Made by a program: the position numbers and the translations under genes. A stretch of DNA of 63,372 nucleotides, filler included, from Folioceros fuciformis (lineage: Eukaryota): NCBI GenBank assembly GCA_049999805.1. It is 4 parts of 3 records of this genome, joined end to end, with 100 filler letters (N's around TTAATTAATTAA, not from the genome) between each part and the next. Parts side by side here need not be neighbours in the genome. Positions count along the whole stretch, not along the records: positions 23,581 to 47,735 come from JBNGIO010006223.1; positions 47,836 to 62,057 come from JBNGIO010006225.1; 2 more parts are not named here. One strand, written 5' to 3'. The stretch's first letter is position 1. Every line of letters begins with the position of its first letter. The notes beneath the pieces were generated by a model. The model did no database searches, had not been told where the DNA came from, and saw nothing but the letters and a program-made list of their open reading frames with translations. This document shows, piece after piece, positions 39,251 through 52,600 of this stretch.

Positions 39251-42200
39251 ATGCGGCAACAACAACACCAACAACAGCAGCAAATGCGGGGGCAACAGCG
39301 GGCCATGGCGCTGCACCCGCACCCTCAGCTGCTGTTGCTGTTCATGGCCGTGGCCATGGCGGGCTTGTTGTCGGCGGAGGGAGCCTCCCCGGCGGAGCTC
39401 GCTGCGCTGCGGGCGGTGCAGGCGGCGCTCACGGATCCGCACGGGAAGATGGACACCTGGGTGGGCAACGATCCCTGCGCGAACTGGGCCGGGGTGGTTT
39501 GCGGCGCCACCAACGGGACCAATGCCAACACCACCGCGACGCCGGTGGTGAGCTTGGACCTGAGCCAGGGAGGGCTGACGGGTACCATCTCCCCCGCCAT
39601 CGGGACCTTGTCCCGCCTGCAGACGCTCAATCTCTCCTTCAACATGCTCACGGGGCCCCTCCCGCTCTCCATGGCCAGTCTCACGTCCCTCCAGGTGCTG
39701 GACTTGAGCATCAACCGGGACGTGGACGACAAGTCGAGTACAGGCCTCACCGGCTCCATCGCGCCAGTGGCTGGCATCCTCTCACTCCAGTACCTGCTGC
39801 TCAACACCAACGGCTTCAACGGCACGCTCCCCGCTTCCCTCGGCAACCTCCGGGAGCTCCAGTGGCTCTACCTGGACAGCAACCAGATCACGGGGACTCT
39901 ACCCTCGCAGCTGGGCAGCCTCCCTGCCCTCACCGACCTGTCCGTGTCCGACAACCAGATGTTGGGCACCATTCCCAGGCAACTGGGGACTGGAGTGGCT
40001 CCGCTCTACTGGCTGGGGCTGGCGCTCAACGATTTCTCGGGGGCGATACCCCAGGAGCTTGGGAACCAGACGGGGCTATTCTTCCTGGACCTGAAGGGGA
40101 ACAGGTTCACCGGGCAGCTTCCGAGCGAGCTCGGCCAGCTCTCTGAGCTGGAGTATCTCTATGTACAGGACAACCAGCTCACGGGCCCGCTGCCCCCGCA
40201 GCTGGGCGGGTGCAGCAAGCTGGTGGAATTCATGGCCTTCGGGAACAGGTTTACAGGAAGCATTCCCTCGCAGCTGTCCAACCTCACCCAGCTCAAGATC
40301 CTGTGGCTGTCTGGTAACAACCTCACCGGCACCATCCCGCCTGCGGTGGTCAACATCTCCTCCCTCACCACCGTCAACCTCGACTCCAACAAGCTCACGG
40401 GGCGGGTGCCCCCGACGGTGGGGTCGCTGCCCAACTTGCAGTATCTCACTCTCTTCGACAACCAGCTCACGGGTGGACTGCCGGCTCCCTTCCGCTCCCA
40501 AGTGCTCAGCATCCTGGATGTGCACGGGAACCCGGGGCTGGGGGGCAGCATCCCGGCGGGGCTGTGCAAGGGGAACTCGCTCACCGTGCTGGCGCTCTCC
40601 AACACCGGGGTTGGGGGCGCCATCCCTCCCGACCTGGCCGCCTGCAGGTCGCTGCAGAGGTTTCGCGTGGGAACCGGATCCCTTGTCGGAAGTGTCCCCG
40701 GCTTCTGCGGCTCCACCCCGCAGCCGCATTTGAATTACGTGGAGCTCAGCAGCAATGATCTCGCAGGCGAGGTCCCTGCCAGCTTCGGGAGCTGCCCCGG
40801 GCTGCAGACACTGAAGCTCGATGGAAACCACCTGACCGGGAGCATTCCGATTGAGTTGGGGACCGCGTCCAATCTCACGGTGTTGGATCTGTCGAGGAAC
40901 CAGCTCTCGGGCAGCATTCCCTCTCAGCTCGGGGCTCTGTCTTCGCTTTCCAGCCTGGCCTTGTCCGGCAATGTTCTGTCGGGGGCTGTGCCGCGGGATC
41001 TCTTCCAGCTCTCCTTCTTGCAGACGCTCCGACTGAGCGACAACCAGTTGACGGGCCCGCTGCCCCCGTCGGTCTCGGGGTTGCAGAGGATACAGGATTT
41101 GGAGCTGGGCGGGAACAGGTTTGCGGGCAGCATTCCTTCGGAACTCGGGAGCCTCACCAGCCTCATCTACGGGCTGAATCTGAGTCACAACGGGTTCAAC
41201 GGGAGCATCCCGGGTACCCTCGGTGGGCTGTCCAGGTTGCAGAGTCTGGACCTGTCTTACAACAACCTGTCGGGTCAGATTCCGGGGTCTTTTGCAGGGT
41301 TGGCGGCTTTGACCTTCTTCAACGTCTCCTACAACCAGCTCTCAGGGCCCATCCCGGACGCCCCCAACCTGAAAAACTTCCCTCAGTCTTCTTTTCTGGG
41401 AAACACGGGGTTCTGCGGTAGTTTACTGTCCGACTGTTCCGGGGGCCAGGTTAGCAGCAGAAGCAGCAAGAACAAGCTTAGCACAGGCGCGTTGGCGGGT
41501 ATTATCGTTGCCGTGGCTCTGATATGTGTGGGTGTTCTGCTGGCGGTCTGGATTTCCTGCTTCGATAGCCACCCCGTTTCTGACGATGGACGTGTCACGA
41601 AGCGGAAGAGCTGGAGCGCGCCCCTGCTGGGTGGTCTGTTCGGCAAGGGCAGGTCGTCTCGTCCCGGCCCTGCCGCCTCCGCGCTTCTTCCGGACTTGTA
41701 TCAAAAGTTCACGTTCCAGGAGATCATGGACGCCACCAACAACTTGAATGACAGGAACCTCATTGGCCAGGGCGGGTTCGGGAAGGTGTATAAGGGGTTG
41801 CTCAAGTCGGGGCAGGAGATCGCCGTGAAGAAGATGACTGTGGAGGAGGAGGATCCCGACGTGTTTCAGAGCCACATGAGGGAAATCCAGACGGCAGGCC
41901 AGGTCCGACACCGTAACATCGTCAGGCTCATAGGCTATTGCAAGCATAACGACACAGCGCTCATTCTCTACGACTATCACCCCTTCGGCAGCCTTGGGGA
42001 TTTTCTGTACAAGAAGAAGGAGAACAGCCCTGACCTGAGCTGGGAGCTGCGCTACAAGATTGCTCTGGGCACAGCGCAGGCCATCTCCTACCTCCACTCG
42101 GATTGTGTGCCTCAGGTTCTGCACAGGGACATCAAGAGTAACAACATTCTTCTGGACGAAGAGTTCGTCCCCTATGTCACGGATTTCGGAGTTGCTAAGC

Positions 42201-42762
42201 TCGTGGCTCGTGTGGACGGAGAGAGAACAGCACCCATGTCTGTGATTGCGGGATCTGTGGGCTACATCGCCCCTGGTGAGTCCCTCTTGTGCCTCCTTTT
42301 GAAACTTCTGTCTGCGTACACTGCGCAACCAAATTGTTTGAAGACAAGCCTAGGGCTTACCAGTTGTGTGGAAACCTTGCAGAATACACTTACACATTGA
42401 ATGTAGGGGAGAAGAGTGATGTCTACAGCTACGGGGTTGTGCTCCTGGAGCTTTTGACGGGCAAGATGCCTGTGGATCCCAGCTTCGAGGAGGGGAGGGA
42501 CTTGGTGCATTGGGTGAGGAACAAGCTGGAGAGTAGCGACACCATCGATGTGGTGCTGGAGCCCGGTCTGCGGAAGGCTATGCAGGGTTCGGAGGCTCAG
42601 GAGATCTCCGCCACACTCAGGGTAGCCATCATGTGTACCAGCGAGACTCCCTCTGACAGGCCCACCATGAAGGAGGTGGAGGATATGTTGCTGAGAGTGA
42701 AGAGTTTCTCCAACCCCGATCTCCTGGCCAGGAACAGGAGCAGGTTGGAATCGCTCATTTGA
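39251..42762 (+). CDS. Leucine-rich-repeat receptor-like kinase (subfamily XI-like); exons 39251-42275, 42383-42762
   Basis: Signal peptide, CxWxGVxC cap, >20 plant LRRs, GNxxFCG cap, TM helix, GQGGFGKVY, AVKK, HRDIKSNN, DFG, GSVGYIAP|EY with a single kinase intron. Confidence 0.96.
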
Positions 42763-44772
42763 AACATCTCTTCCCATCCGTTCCTGCAGGCACCGTCGGT
42801 GAGGCAGGGAAGGGAGAAACGTGGGACACTCAGCCAAACTCAGCAGCGTCGTCACAAAAATGAGGGTGACAAAGGGTGGTGACGCATCTCGATGCCATGC
42901 CTCCTAATTTGGTGCTCCAGCCCCGGATCGTGTATCATGTGAAGTGCGTTAAGTGGGTGCCATGAGCTGCAACTTGCATTCGTGTACATTTTGGTACCAG
43001 AAGAGGCTATGCTCAAAGGCAACCACTCCTAGCCTGAGGTTGATAGACTAGTAATACTGGACCAGGTGTGCTCATCTGGGAGGTCCCCATCTGATTATCG
43101 AGTGCATCTTGGGGACCTCATTTCGCGGCGATCTTACTCATACCTGCTATAATGTCAATGTGCCCAGGCGCAGATCCGGCAGGCCAGTTGTTGTGGTCTA
43201 CAACACGTACCTCAACATCCGTTATTGTTGTACCGTCGTACAACGGTGTGATTTTGTGCGAAATTTGTGTGGAAGAGGTGCCAGAACAAGATGCAGTGTG
43301 CAGGGGCTTTGTACCTTGGTCACATCAAACTTGCGTGCGCAAGTAATGAGTGTTGGGATTATCCAATGCATTCTGCTCGAGAAAAGCATAGTCACAGACG
43401 CCAAACGTTGGCACTCCTGGTTGCATTCCAGGAGCGCAAAGTGTACTTCCATCGTTTTCCCACACTGGATCAACGGTCCCAGGGTCCACAATTTGTGCTC
43501 AGTCCTTGAAGACTCCGCAGACGGCCGCACAGCCAAAACAGAGTCACGTCGGAGGTCCGTGGTGGGAGCCACATCCGTCGGCACCGATTTGGCCAGCCTG
43601 ACGCCACCCACCAGCACTGCAAATGGTTGCAGAAGAAGCGGACGGAATGCTCATTTGTGTACATGGTGTCGCGAAAGCTGCGGGTGTGGTCAGGATCAAC
43701 CAGTAAGCCCCGTTGAGCAACATGTTGGGTGTGTACTTCCTTTTACTGCATAGCACCGCGAGCATCGCTTGTGGGCACCTTGGGCTGGGTTCAGGTGAGA
43801 TATCTGTCCGGCTAGCCGGGTAGTCTTGCTCTGTCACGTCCTTTCCGGCCTTCGTCTTCCAGGGAAGGAGCAGAATATCTGTCTACCCTTTCCATCGAAC
43901 CGCTGCTTGAAGTTCCCCGATGCAGAGCAGGAGGGAATGTAAGCACGTACTCTGTTCGTGGGACACAGCTAGGCAAGGTTCCCCGAGACTGCTGCGGCCC
44001 TTGCAAAGTTCCTCACGAGAGTTACCTCAAACTACGAAGGAAGCTTGCACCCTCAACACCTCGACTTTGTCCTGAAGGTGCTGAAGGAAACGCTGCGGTG
44101 CACAAAACGGTGACCATGGAGCTCACACACGCCACATCTTCAGTCATGAATCTGGGAGGTCAGCTACCCATGGCCAGGGCACGCTGCTCCAAAGGTAGGA
44201 GAGGCTAAAAATTGGACTGAGCCCGACTGCAACCCAGCTTGTGGTTCAGTGGTGCCCACCATTGCCACGCCAGCGCAAGTTCAGTTCAGTTCGAACAGAG
44301 AAGAATGTCGATGTGGCCCCATGATGTATGTCATGATAGGCTACAGGCGCTCCACAGATGATCAAACACCTTGGAGCGCTTTCAGCTGGTGTAGCACCCA
44401 CCTGAAATCGACACCTGCACACAACCGGCCTACACGCTATCTCTAAGGGGACAAGCATTTAAAATGCAGAGAAAGAGCGTGGAGGAAGCCTGTCTCCCGT
44501 CTGCTGTTCAGCACTCCTGTTTATGCGTAAGCACAGACACCACGCAACAGACGGTCGAACGGCGCGTAAGCCCGAGCTCGGTTTTGGGAGTCCAGGAATA
44601 ACTTGTGATACAAACCGGGCAGTAGCACCCAAGGGACCGAGCTACGTTACATCTGAGTGAAACCAAGGATGAGTGAAACTGAGGCCCTTCACACAGCTGG
44701 GTTGGCATGCACGGGCGCTTGACCTAACTCATCAGCCCCGCGGAGCCGCGGAGCGGGGTCCGGGTCTGCCCT

Positions 44773-46239
44773 TCATCTTGGAGAACTGGAGTTCGAGCTT
44801 GCTTCTGGAGCAGGCACGGCGTTCCCTTGAATTATTCCGTTTCGAACCTGTTCAGCCACATCCTGCACATGCCCGGGTCCGTGTGGGATGAAGATGGTTG
44901 TGTTCTTGGAGCTGTTGCCGATCTCCTTCATGGTGTCGAAGTACTGTGTCACCATGACCATGTCCATGACATCCTTTGCCGACGTCCCAGGTACGTTGTG
45001 TGAAAAGGCTAGCACGCTCTCCCTCAGCCCGTCGGTAATAGCCTGGCGTTGCCTAGCAATACCTACACCAGACAGATACTTGGCTTCTGCCTCTGCCTCT
45101 GCTTTTTTAACTTGGAGGATCTTCTCTGCCTCAGCCTTCTCCACGGCTGCCATCCGCAGGCGCTGTGCTGCAACATGGAATTCCCACAACATCGTCAGCA
45201 AACATGCTTCTCATGTCCCAGAGCCTTGCAGACTTGGTAATTGTCTAGAGCAGAGAACACAGACCAGCATTGATTTCATTCATTGCTCGCCGCACTGTGG
45301 AATCAGGCTCTACATCCACAATGAGAGTCTGCTCGATGCTATATCCATAAGCACCCATGACCTGCAACAACAGAAAAATAGAATCAGCACGCAAATGGAT
45401 CGTCGGGCCAAAGCTCACACTATGTGCAGAGGGCTCAGGGTGCAAACCTTCTCCAGCTCCTCCGACACAGTCCTTGCCACCTCATTTTTCTGTTCAAACA
45501 CTTCGTCCAAATTCATCTTCGGAACACAAGCGCGGACCACTACATATGTAGTACGCACCAGCAAGTTAGCTCCCTACATGACTGACTGACTGACTGACTG
45601 ACTGACATCGCTACAATTTCAAGCAAAATGGAAGACGGAAGGGCCAAATATAAAGCACTACCGTCGAAGACATAGGCCTGAATCTGCTCTCTTGGATTTT
45701 GGAGCTCATAAAATGCATCATCCGCGTCTTGCCGCACAACTCTGTATTGAATAGAGCACACCACGGTGACAAACACATTATCCTGCCAGATCGCACGGGC
45801 CAAAGGTCAGCCAGCATACAGAACAACCCTAGGTGCACCGCAACAATTCCAGCGGCAGCTACACAGATAATTTACGCAGGCAAAGGCAAAAAATTCGCAT
45901 GAGCTGGAAACACAGACAACAGGAGGTTGCAGAGTAGATGAAGGACTCTGCGCGAACACGTCCACACAATCAATTTCACCAAACAAACAGATCTGAAGTC
46001 GGAAGCATGCAAACGTGAAAGGCAAAGCGGCAAGGTACGTTCTGGGAACCAACCTTGCTCTTGGTGAGGCATCGAACCTCCAGATGCTGCACACGCAACG
46101 AGAGTCTCCCCGCTAGGCACTCGCCAGCAAGCGGGTTGAGAATATGGCAACCTGGCTGAGCCACATGAGAGAAGCGGCCCCATTTCTCAACGATGCCAAC
46201 GGTAGCCTGCTGGATGCAGGCAAAACAGAGGAAGGCCAT
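44773..46239 (-). CDS. HIR: Hypersensitive-induced reaction protein (SPFH/band-7 family), multi-exon
   Basis: [68 protein letters not shown]. Confidence 0.95.
45579..45606. repeat. (TGAC)n intronic microsatellite
   Basis: Seven tgac units. Confidence 0.9.
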
Positions 46240-47835
46240 GACTGAGATTTTGGAAGCCGCAAATGCAGGTCCCGCTGCAGCCCGTGCCACCTACGCCTCC
46301 CGACACTGGCACCACTAGACGAGGGCCAGTTCACAAAATTGCAGGACTGGCACACATCACGCTGACACAGCTGGTACAGGACCGGGCTTAGCTACGAGCC
46401 TAGCGAAGGTGGAGACTCGCTAGCGTGAGCCCCAACCTTCGTTAGGTTGACGTGGAAACTTTCTCTCACTGCCCGGGCTCTGGAAATAGGTCTGTGAGTA
46501 ATTCCTTGGAAAACAAATCGTGAACCTCCGAAACGGCGTGTGGCCTGTCGTGTGTCTCCTTGCGTGTAGACCGCGTGTGCATGAACGACTCCATATGCAA
46601 AAGTCCGTTGGAATTTGGGCACCGGACTTCTTCCACCTTTGTGGGTCCAGGTCAAGTTCTATATAGAAAGCCAACTCGGATCCTGAAAGCCACCTTGGAC
46701 TACCCTCCCCGGAAGCCAATTTCGACCCGGAAGCTAACTTCACTTTAAATACCATTTCCTGGTATTTTTTTGCAGAATAGTTATAAGTTTTTATCTATAC
46801 AATAGTTGAAGTATTTTTTTTCTGTGGGACTTCATGGTATGAATACCACCAAGCCCAATTATCATAACATTGTGCCATAAGCTGCCTATGGAATACCGAT
46901 ATGGACAGGGTTCTTTCCCAGAACTTTAGGGCGGCGGTATAGCGGACCAAAGACTTTTTTTTAACACATATTTATACGCGAATATTCTATAGAATCTATG
47001 GAATATTCCTATAGCCTACCTTACCATATCATCCTACCCTACATATACACGGTATAGCAAAGTTTTTTTTGATAGTCTTTAAAGAATCGTCCTCGACATA
47101 GTGTGTTAAGTTTGTGGCACAGCATTTCGGGTTTAGGGTGCTCCTTGGGTTTTAGGGTTTAGAGCTTTGGCTTGACCAGCTCACGAATTAGCCTACGCGA
47201 ACCTGAGGCATAGAAGCGTGGCTGAGGCATGGAAGAAGAAGCCATGAAGTGTGGCAAGGAACCCTAAACCCAAAAACCCATGGAATGTGCACAGCCATGA
47301 AAGCATGGCCGTTGTGAAACCCTAAACCCATTGGGGAAGGCCCCAATCCTGAAGCAACCTGCCACAACATGGAAATTGAAAACCCTGAGCGTGTGTGGCA
47401 GCAAAAGTTGTGTGTGTATCACTTTTTGTCCCCCATCGGAACGCTTCTATGGCCGCATCTTGCGCAAAACTTGAGACCGTATGTAGCACAACAAAATATT
47501 TGTAATAGAGCATATGACTATATGGGTATTCCATATTCTTCTCCATTCATATTCATTCTTTTTTTTAGTTAGCTAGGGTGGCGTGCAACATGACTAGGTG
47601 GGTGTGAGTGCTTGGGAGGGTGTGGGTAGGGAGCCGGCAAGTGGGCGACTCTGTTGCAGGCCTGATTGGCGCAGGCCAAGTAAGCATGGGGAGTGGGCCT
47701 GTTTGGTGCAAGCCAAGTGAGCATGGGAGCGAGCANNNNNNNNNNNNNNNNNNNNNNNNNNNNNNNNNNNNNNNNNNNNTTAATTAATTAANNNNNNNNN
47801 NNNNNNNNNNNNNNNNNNNNNNNNNNNNNNNNNNN

Positions 47836-48238
47836 GGGTGCTGTCAAGCGTATTTACAGGTACCTTAGAGGAACAATGGACTATGGCCTCCACTACGTGT
47901 GCAGCAGTAAGAGGGAGTTCACACTTACCTCGTATGCAGATGCTAATTGGGCTTCTGACTCCGATTCTCGGAAGAGTCTTTCAGCACATGTGTTCTTGTT
48001 GGCCAAGGGTGCTGTTAATTGGTTGTGCAAGAAGCAGACCTCACTTGCCCTCTCGTCCACGGAAGCCGAGTATAAAGCCCTAACAGACGCATGCAAGGAA
48101 TTAGAATGGGAGAGATAGTTTCTGGACTCAATCAACTTACCACAGGAAGGTCCAACTCTGCTCTTGTGTGACAATATGTCTGCCATAGCTCTTGTGTCAA
48201 ATCCTTGCTTTCATTCAAGGACTAAACACATTGAACTC
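47836..48238 (+). mobile_element. Ty1/copia RT-end/RNase H fragment, interrupted by the downstream LTR
   Basis: KRIYRYLRGT..YADANWASD..RKS..SSTEAEY..CDNMSAI..FHSRTKHIEL, then TGTTAAAGG (LTR start). Confidence 0.92.
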
Positions 48239-48485
48239 TGTTAAAGGAAATTACCCTTAGCCTATGTCTAGGGTGATTTGATGAACAGGTTAGAAAAATC
48301 TCATTTAGGGTTGACTAGTGAACCGACACCATTGGGATGTTTTTTTAAGACCGTTTACATTCTTTGTAGGTGAGATAATGTATGATTATTCAATAAGAAA
48401 TATATACATGTTTTTGTACAAGAGTTCTGGCCTCCCGGCTCTCCTCTAACACCTATCATAGATGACTATCATCAGTTAGTTCACA
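48239..48485 (+). repeat. 5' LTR (247 bp)
   Basis: Aligns to 54922-55169 with 8 substitutions and 1 indel by manual count. Confidence 0.95.
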
Positions 48486-48498
48486 TGGTATCAGAGCC
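48486..48498 (+). promoter_or_regulatory. Primer binding site, tRNA-Met(i)
   Basis: TGGTATCAGAGCC directly after the LTR. Confidence 0.95.
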
Positions 48499-49644
48499 TA
48501 ATCCCTCTATGCCTTTTGGCATAACCAATGCACCATGTATCTGGTCTGCCAGGATCGCTCGACATGCTACTGTAAAAGAACAGGAAAAGCATATTTTAGC
48601 GATCTACAGAATGGCATCCCTTTTGTTCGGAAAAATAATCCAAAAGTTTAAAGGAATGTCGTACCTTTTCTCTGGGAGATGAACCAAGAGGCAAGATGCC
48701 TCGAAGATCTGCAAATGGAAGAGGCAACGTTCTTCGACGAGAACACTTATATTGGCAGAACCAGAACGTGATCAACACAGAATCACATGTTCAACGGTCA
48801 AGGACCAACCGACAATGAGGGAGACAAGATTCACATTGCTGTGAAAGGAGGAGAATCACTCCACCACCCTGCCAGCGCCCAATTCGATCTGCAACCTACA
48901 CAATTCCACCATACAGAGAGAAACCCTTAGAGGCAATTCTGATTAATGTGGTATTTAAGCAATTGTCGGTGCTGAGACAGGTGGAGAAGATTCAGTCGCT
49001 GCTATTACAAAGCCAAGAAGATATTGTTGGCAACATCGAAGAACTGAGATATTCTCTGGAGCAGACAGCAATTGCTGGATCAGAAATCATAAAGGAGGAT
49101 ATGAAAAGCATGGTGATTCTCCTGCAAAATATGAGTATGAGATTTTCTGCCGCCCATGGTGACAGATCTGCCCAGATTCATTGATCTCCTCCTGCTTCCG
49201 CTGCTGGAGAGCTGGTGATGGTGTCTACCTCTGGTGCTGTTGAGGCTATGGATTCCAAACGCTGTCTTCTGCAAGGTGTCCTTTCACCTCTAGGTATCTC
49301 TTAGAATGTGGTTGGTCCACCTGGAAAGACATCAAGAAAAGATGGTTAGGTTTCAGCTGAAACGCCATACTTAAATAATTCAAATTAAGTTGTAACGTGT
49401 TCATACCTAATCTCTAAAGGATAATTAAGGTTTTTTTTTTCCTAGCAAGGAGGGATCTCAAGGAGAGGGTGGGCATGAGGAGGCCAGGATACGACAGTAC
49501 CCCTTCCCACTCGAACATACCCCTCCTCAGATCACTCCCTGCCATGCCCTAGTTAGTCTGTAACACAAGAGGCAACCTATAGACATAACATACTTACTTG
49601 TGTTTCTAGAGCCATAGCTATAGTTACCTTGTTAGTTTTTTTTT

Positions 49645-52600
49645 ATGTCCGCAGGATCTCCCCTCTCAATTGACACACTGATCGGGTTGTTCCAAGCTCT
49701 TAGCCTCAGACAACTCGCAACCAACGTTAATCAGAACGTTCAGAACATCCAGCCTGTAGCTATGGTAGCCGCGGTACCCAAAGCTACATACACATCAGAA
49801 TTGAAGGAGAAAGATCGCTTCAATGGCAGAAGGTATCCAGTTTGGAGAATCAGAATGAAAGCTACCTTGATAGCTCGACGCGTGTGGAAAATCATAGATG
49901 GAACCATAAAGAAACCATATCCAAATGCAAATCCACCTCCAACAGTAGATCAAATTGCTGAATGGGATGAATTAAATGGCATTGCCATTGCCCTGTTGAT
50001 TGGAGGCCTGGATGCAGATCTCATACCAGAAGTTGAGTTCCTAGAAAACGCTTCTGATATCTGGTCACAATTGGAAAAGACCTATAAAGTCACCAATGTG
50101 TTAACTCTTTGTGCCATCAAACACGAATTCTATAGCTTAAAAATGAAAGAGGGGGATAAAGTGGTGGCATTTACAAGTAAGTTTCAACACTTAAAGGCGC
50201 AGATAGCTTCACTAACTGGAACCAAGATGGATGAACTGGATGCTGTGGCTGAGCTGCTCACTCGACTTCCCCCTTCATATCAGTCCTTTGTCACTAGTCA
50301 AAATGGTCCTCTACGCACTGCTGCTGTTGTTGCTGCTGGAGGCGCTGCACAGATCACCCTTGAGGAGGTGATAGGCGCCTTGTATCAGGAAGTGCAGAGT
50401 CGCTTATTATCTTCGACTATTCCTAAGAACAGGACAAAGAAAGCGTTAGCAGCTGGTCAGAGAACATTTAAAGGAAAAGGCAAGGCAGGAGGTAGACCTC
50501 ACCAAACTTCAGACTCTGTTGGTCCTTCCAAACGCCCAGGAAACTGCAATTGGTGCAGCATAGCTGAGCACTGGGCCAGAGAATGCAAGAAAACGAAGGC
50601 TAGGGAACCAAAACGAACTCCTAAAAGTACTGCAACTGTTGCATTTAAGGAGAAGTCAACAGGTGACTCCAAGCCAGTGGTGAAAATCCTTACAGTCTGC
50701 CTAGCTCGATCTGTATGTGATGAAGACGGATGGTACTTGGACTCTGGTGCAACCTCGCACATCTGCCGAAACAAGAGTCAGTTCTTTACTTTAAAGACAT
50801 CATGATCAGGTCTCAGAAAGAGTCCTCTTGGGAGATGAAAAGAATCAATCTAGTCTCCAGATTACAGGCTATGGAACATGCAAATTCACCCTTGATGATG
50901 GGTCGATTCTTACCTTGGATGGTGTTCTCTATGTTCCCTCCATGGCGAAGAACCTGGTTTCCCTCAGTAAGCTTATGCAGATGCGTGTATATGACATGAA
51001 AGCCAGTGAAGATGCTTGTCTTTTCTACAAAAGATCAGAGCCTTCTTTGCTGGCATTCAAGGGCACTCTCGACCATGATCTCTACAGACTTGACATCTGT
51101 ACCCTACGTCATAAGGCAAGCCTTGTATCCAGTCAGCCCCAACGTCTTGCTGTCCTGTGGCATGCACGGCTAGGGCACGTTAATAAGAGGAAGTTAGTGG
51201 ATATGTCATTGCAAGAATGTCACCTTGAGCCACTACCTCAGGTTTTTAAGGACTTACCATCCTGTGAAGCTTGCATTGTCGCTAAACCAAAAGCACACCC
51301 GTTTCCTGTATCAGCAACATACAGAGCCACTACCGTTTTAGAATTGGTCCATGCAGACTTCTCAGGTAAGATACATGTTCCCTCTTTAGGAGGATCCATT
51401 TACTACCTCTGCATTACCGACGACTATTCACGATACACCTGGACATTTCCTATGCAACTCAAGAGTGATACCTTTGATCTGTTTCGAGACTGGTTGTTGA
51501 CTGCTGAGAAGCAGACAGGCCAGTTCGTAAAATATCTTAGGACAGATAATGGAACTGAGTTTGTGAATATGGCGTTCAACACCTTCCTGCAAGAGAGGGG
51601 GATCCAACGTCAACTTACTGTTCCGTATACCCCACAACAGAACGGAGTAGCCAAGCGCAAGAATCAAACATTGCTGGCGATGACAAGAAGTATGTTGTTG
51701 TGGGCAAACTTACCTCAGAAATATTGGGCAGAGGCCATAGTTGCAGCCACATATACTCTGAACCGACTGTTCACCAGTTCCGTTCCCTCGAAGACCCCTT
51801 ATGAAGCATACTGGAAACGCAAGCCCAGCTTGCTCCACTTACGAGTTTTCGGCTCCCGTGCTTTTGCTCTCATTCCAGAGGAGAAGCGAAAGAAGCTGGA
51901 CCCGAGAGCCCAAGCACTTATCTTCGTTGGCTACAGTGAACAGTCCAAGGCATATAAACTCTATGACCCTGCAGAAAGAAGAGTGGTATTATCTCTCTCA
52001 GTTACTTTCCTAGAGATCGACAGACCTCTCATCATAGGACAGACAACGACTGAGGGAGACATTCTACCTGCTACAGTGGAGGATGTGGTCTATTTTCCAG
52101 AAGATGATTCACAAGATGAGGGAGATGCCAATGCAATCTAGGAAATTCCCCTCATTATTCCACCCGTAGCTCCTATCCCGCCTGTGATTCCACAGCCTGC
52201 AAATGTTTTAGTCCCACCTCCACCTCCAGTCCAGAATCCTATTTTAGATATGGAGGCAGAAGGAGATGTAGATCATGAGCTAGTCGTTGAGGACTTACCC
52301 GTAGGGGATGAATAGTTGCCAGTCGTCCTTGATCCTGAACCAGATCCTCCCCTACGACGTTCCACAAGAAATCGCCCTCCTCCAGACCAGTGGAAAGAGC
52401 CGAGATATGAGTCAATTGATTTCAGAACGTCTTATGCTGACATCTGCAATTCTGCATCAAGTACTATACACCTAGAACCTAAGACTCTTACAGAAGCCTA
52501 TTCAGGGCCTGAACGAGAAAAATGGAAGTTTGCAGTGGACGATGAATACAACTCTCTTGTCAAAAACAAAACCTAGCAACTATTAGACCTCCCACCTGGC

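Noticed and set aside
40076-42328. Long antisense ORFs over the LRR-RLK (also over POR, WEX and LMW-PTP)
   Set aside because: These are shadows of GC-rich coding sequence with no independent motifs.
42900-44700. ORFs such as 43109-43753 between the LRR-RLK and HIR
   Set aside because: No recognisable domain or coherent splice structure. The same applies to 21423-22262 and 37564-38205.
46906-47340. hAT-like CAGGGTT end and telomere-like TTTAGGG/CCCTAAA motifs
   Set aside because: There is no partner TIR or TSD before the gap, and the motifs are scattered rather than arrayed.
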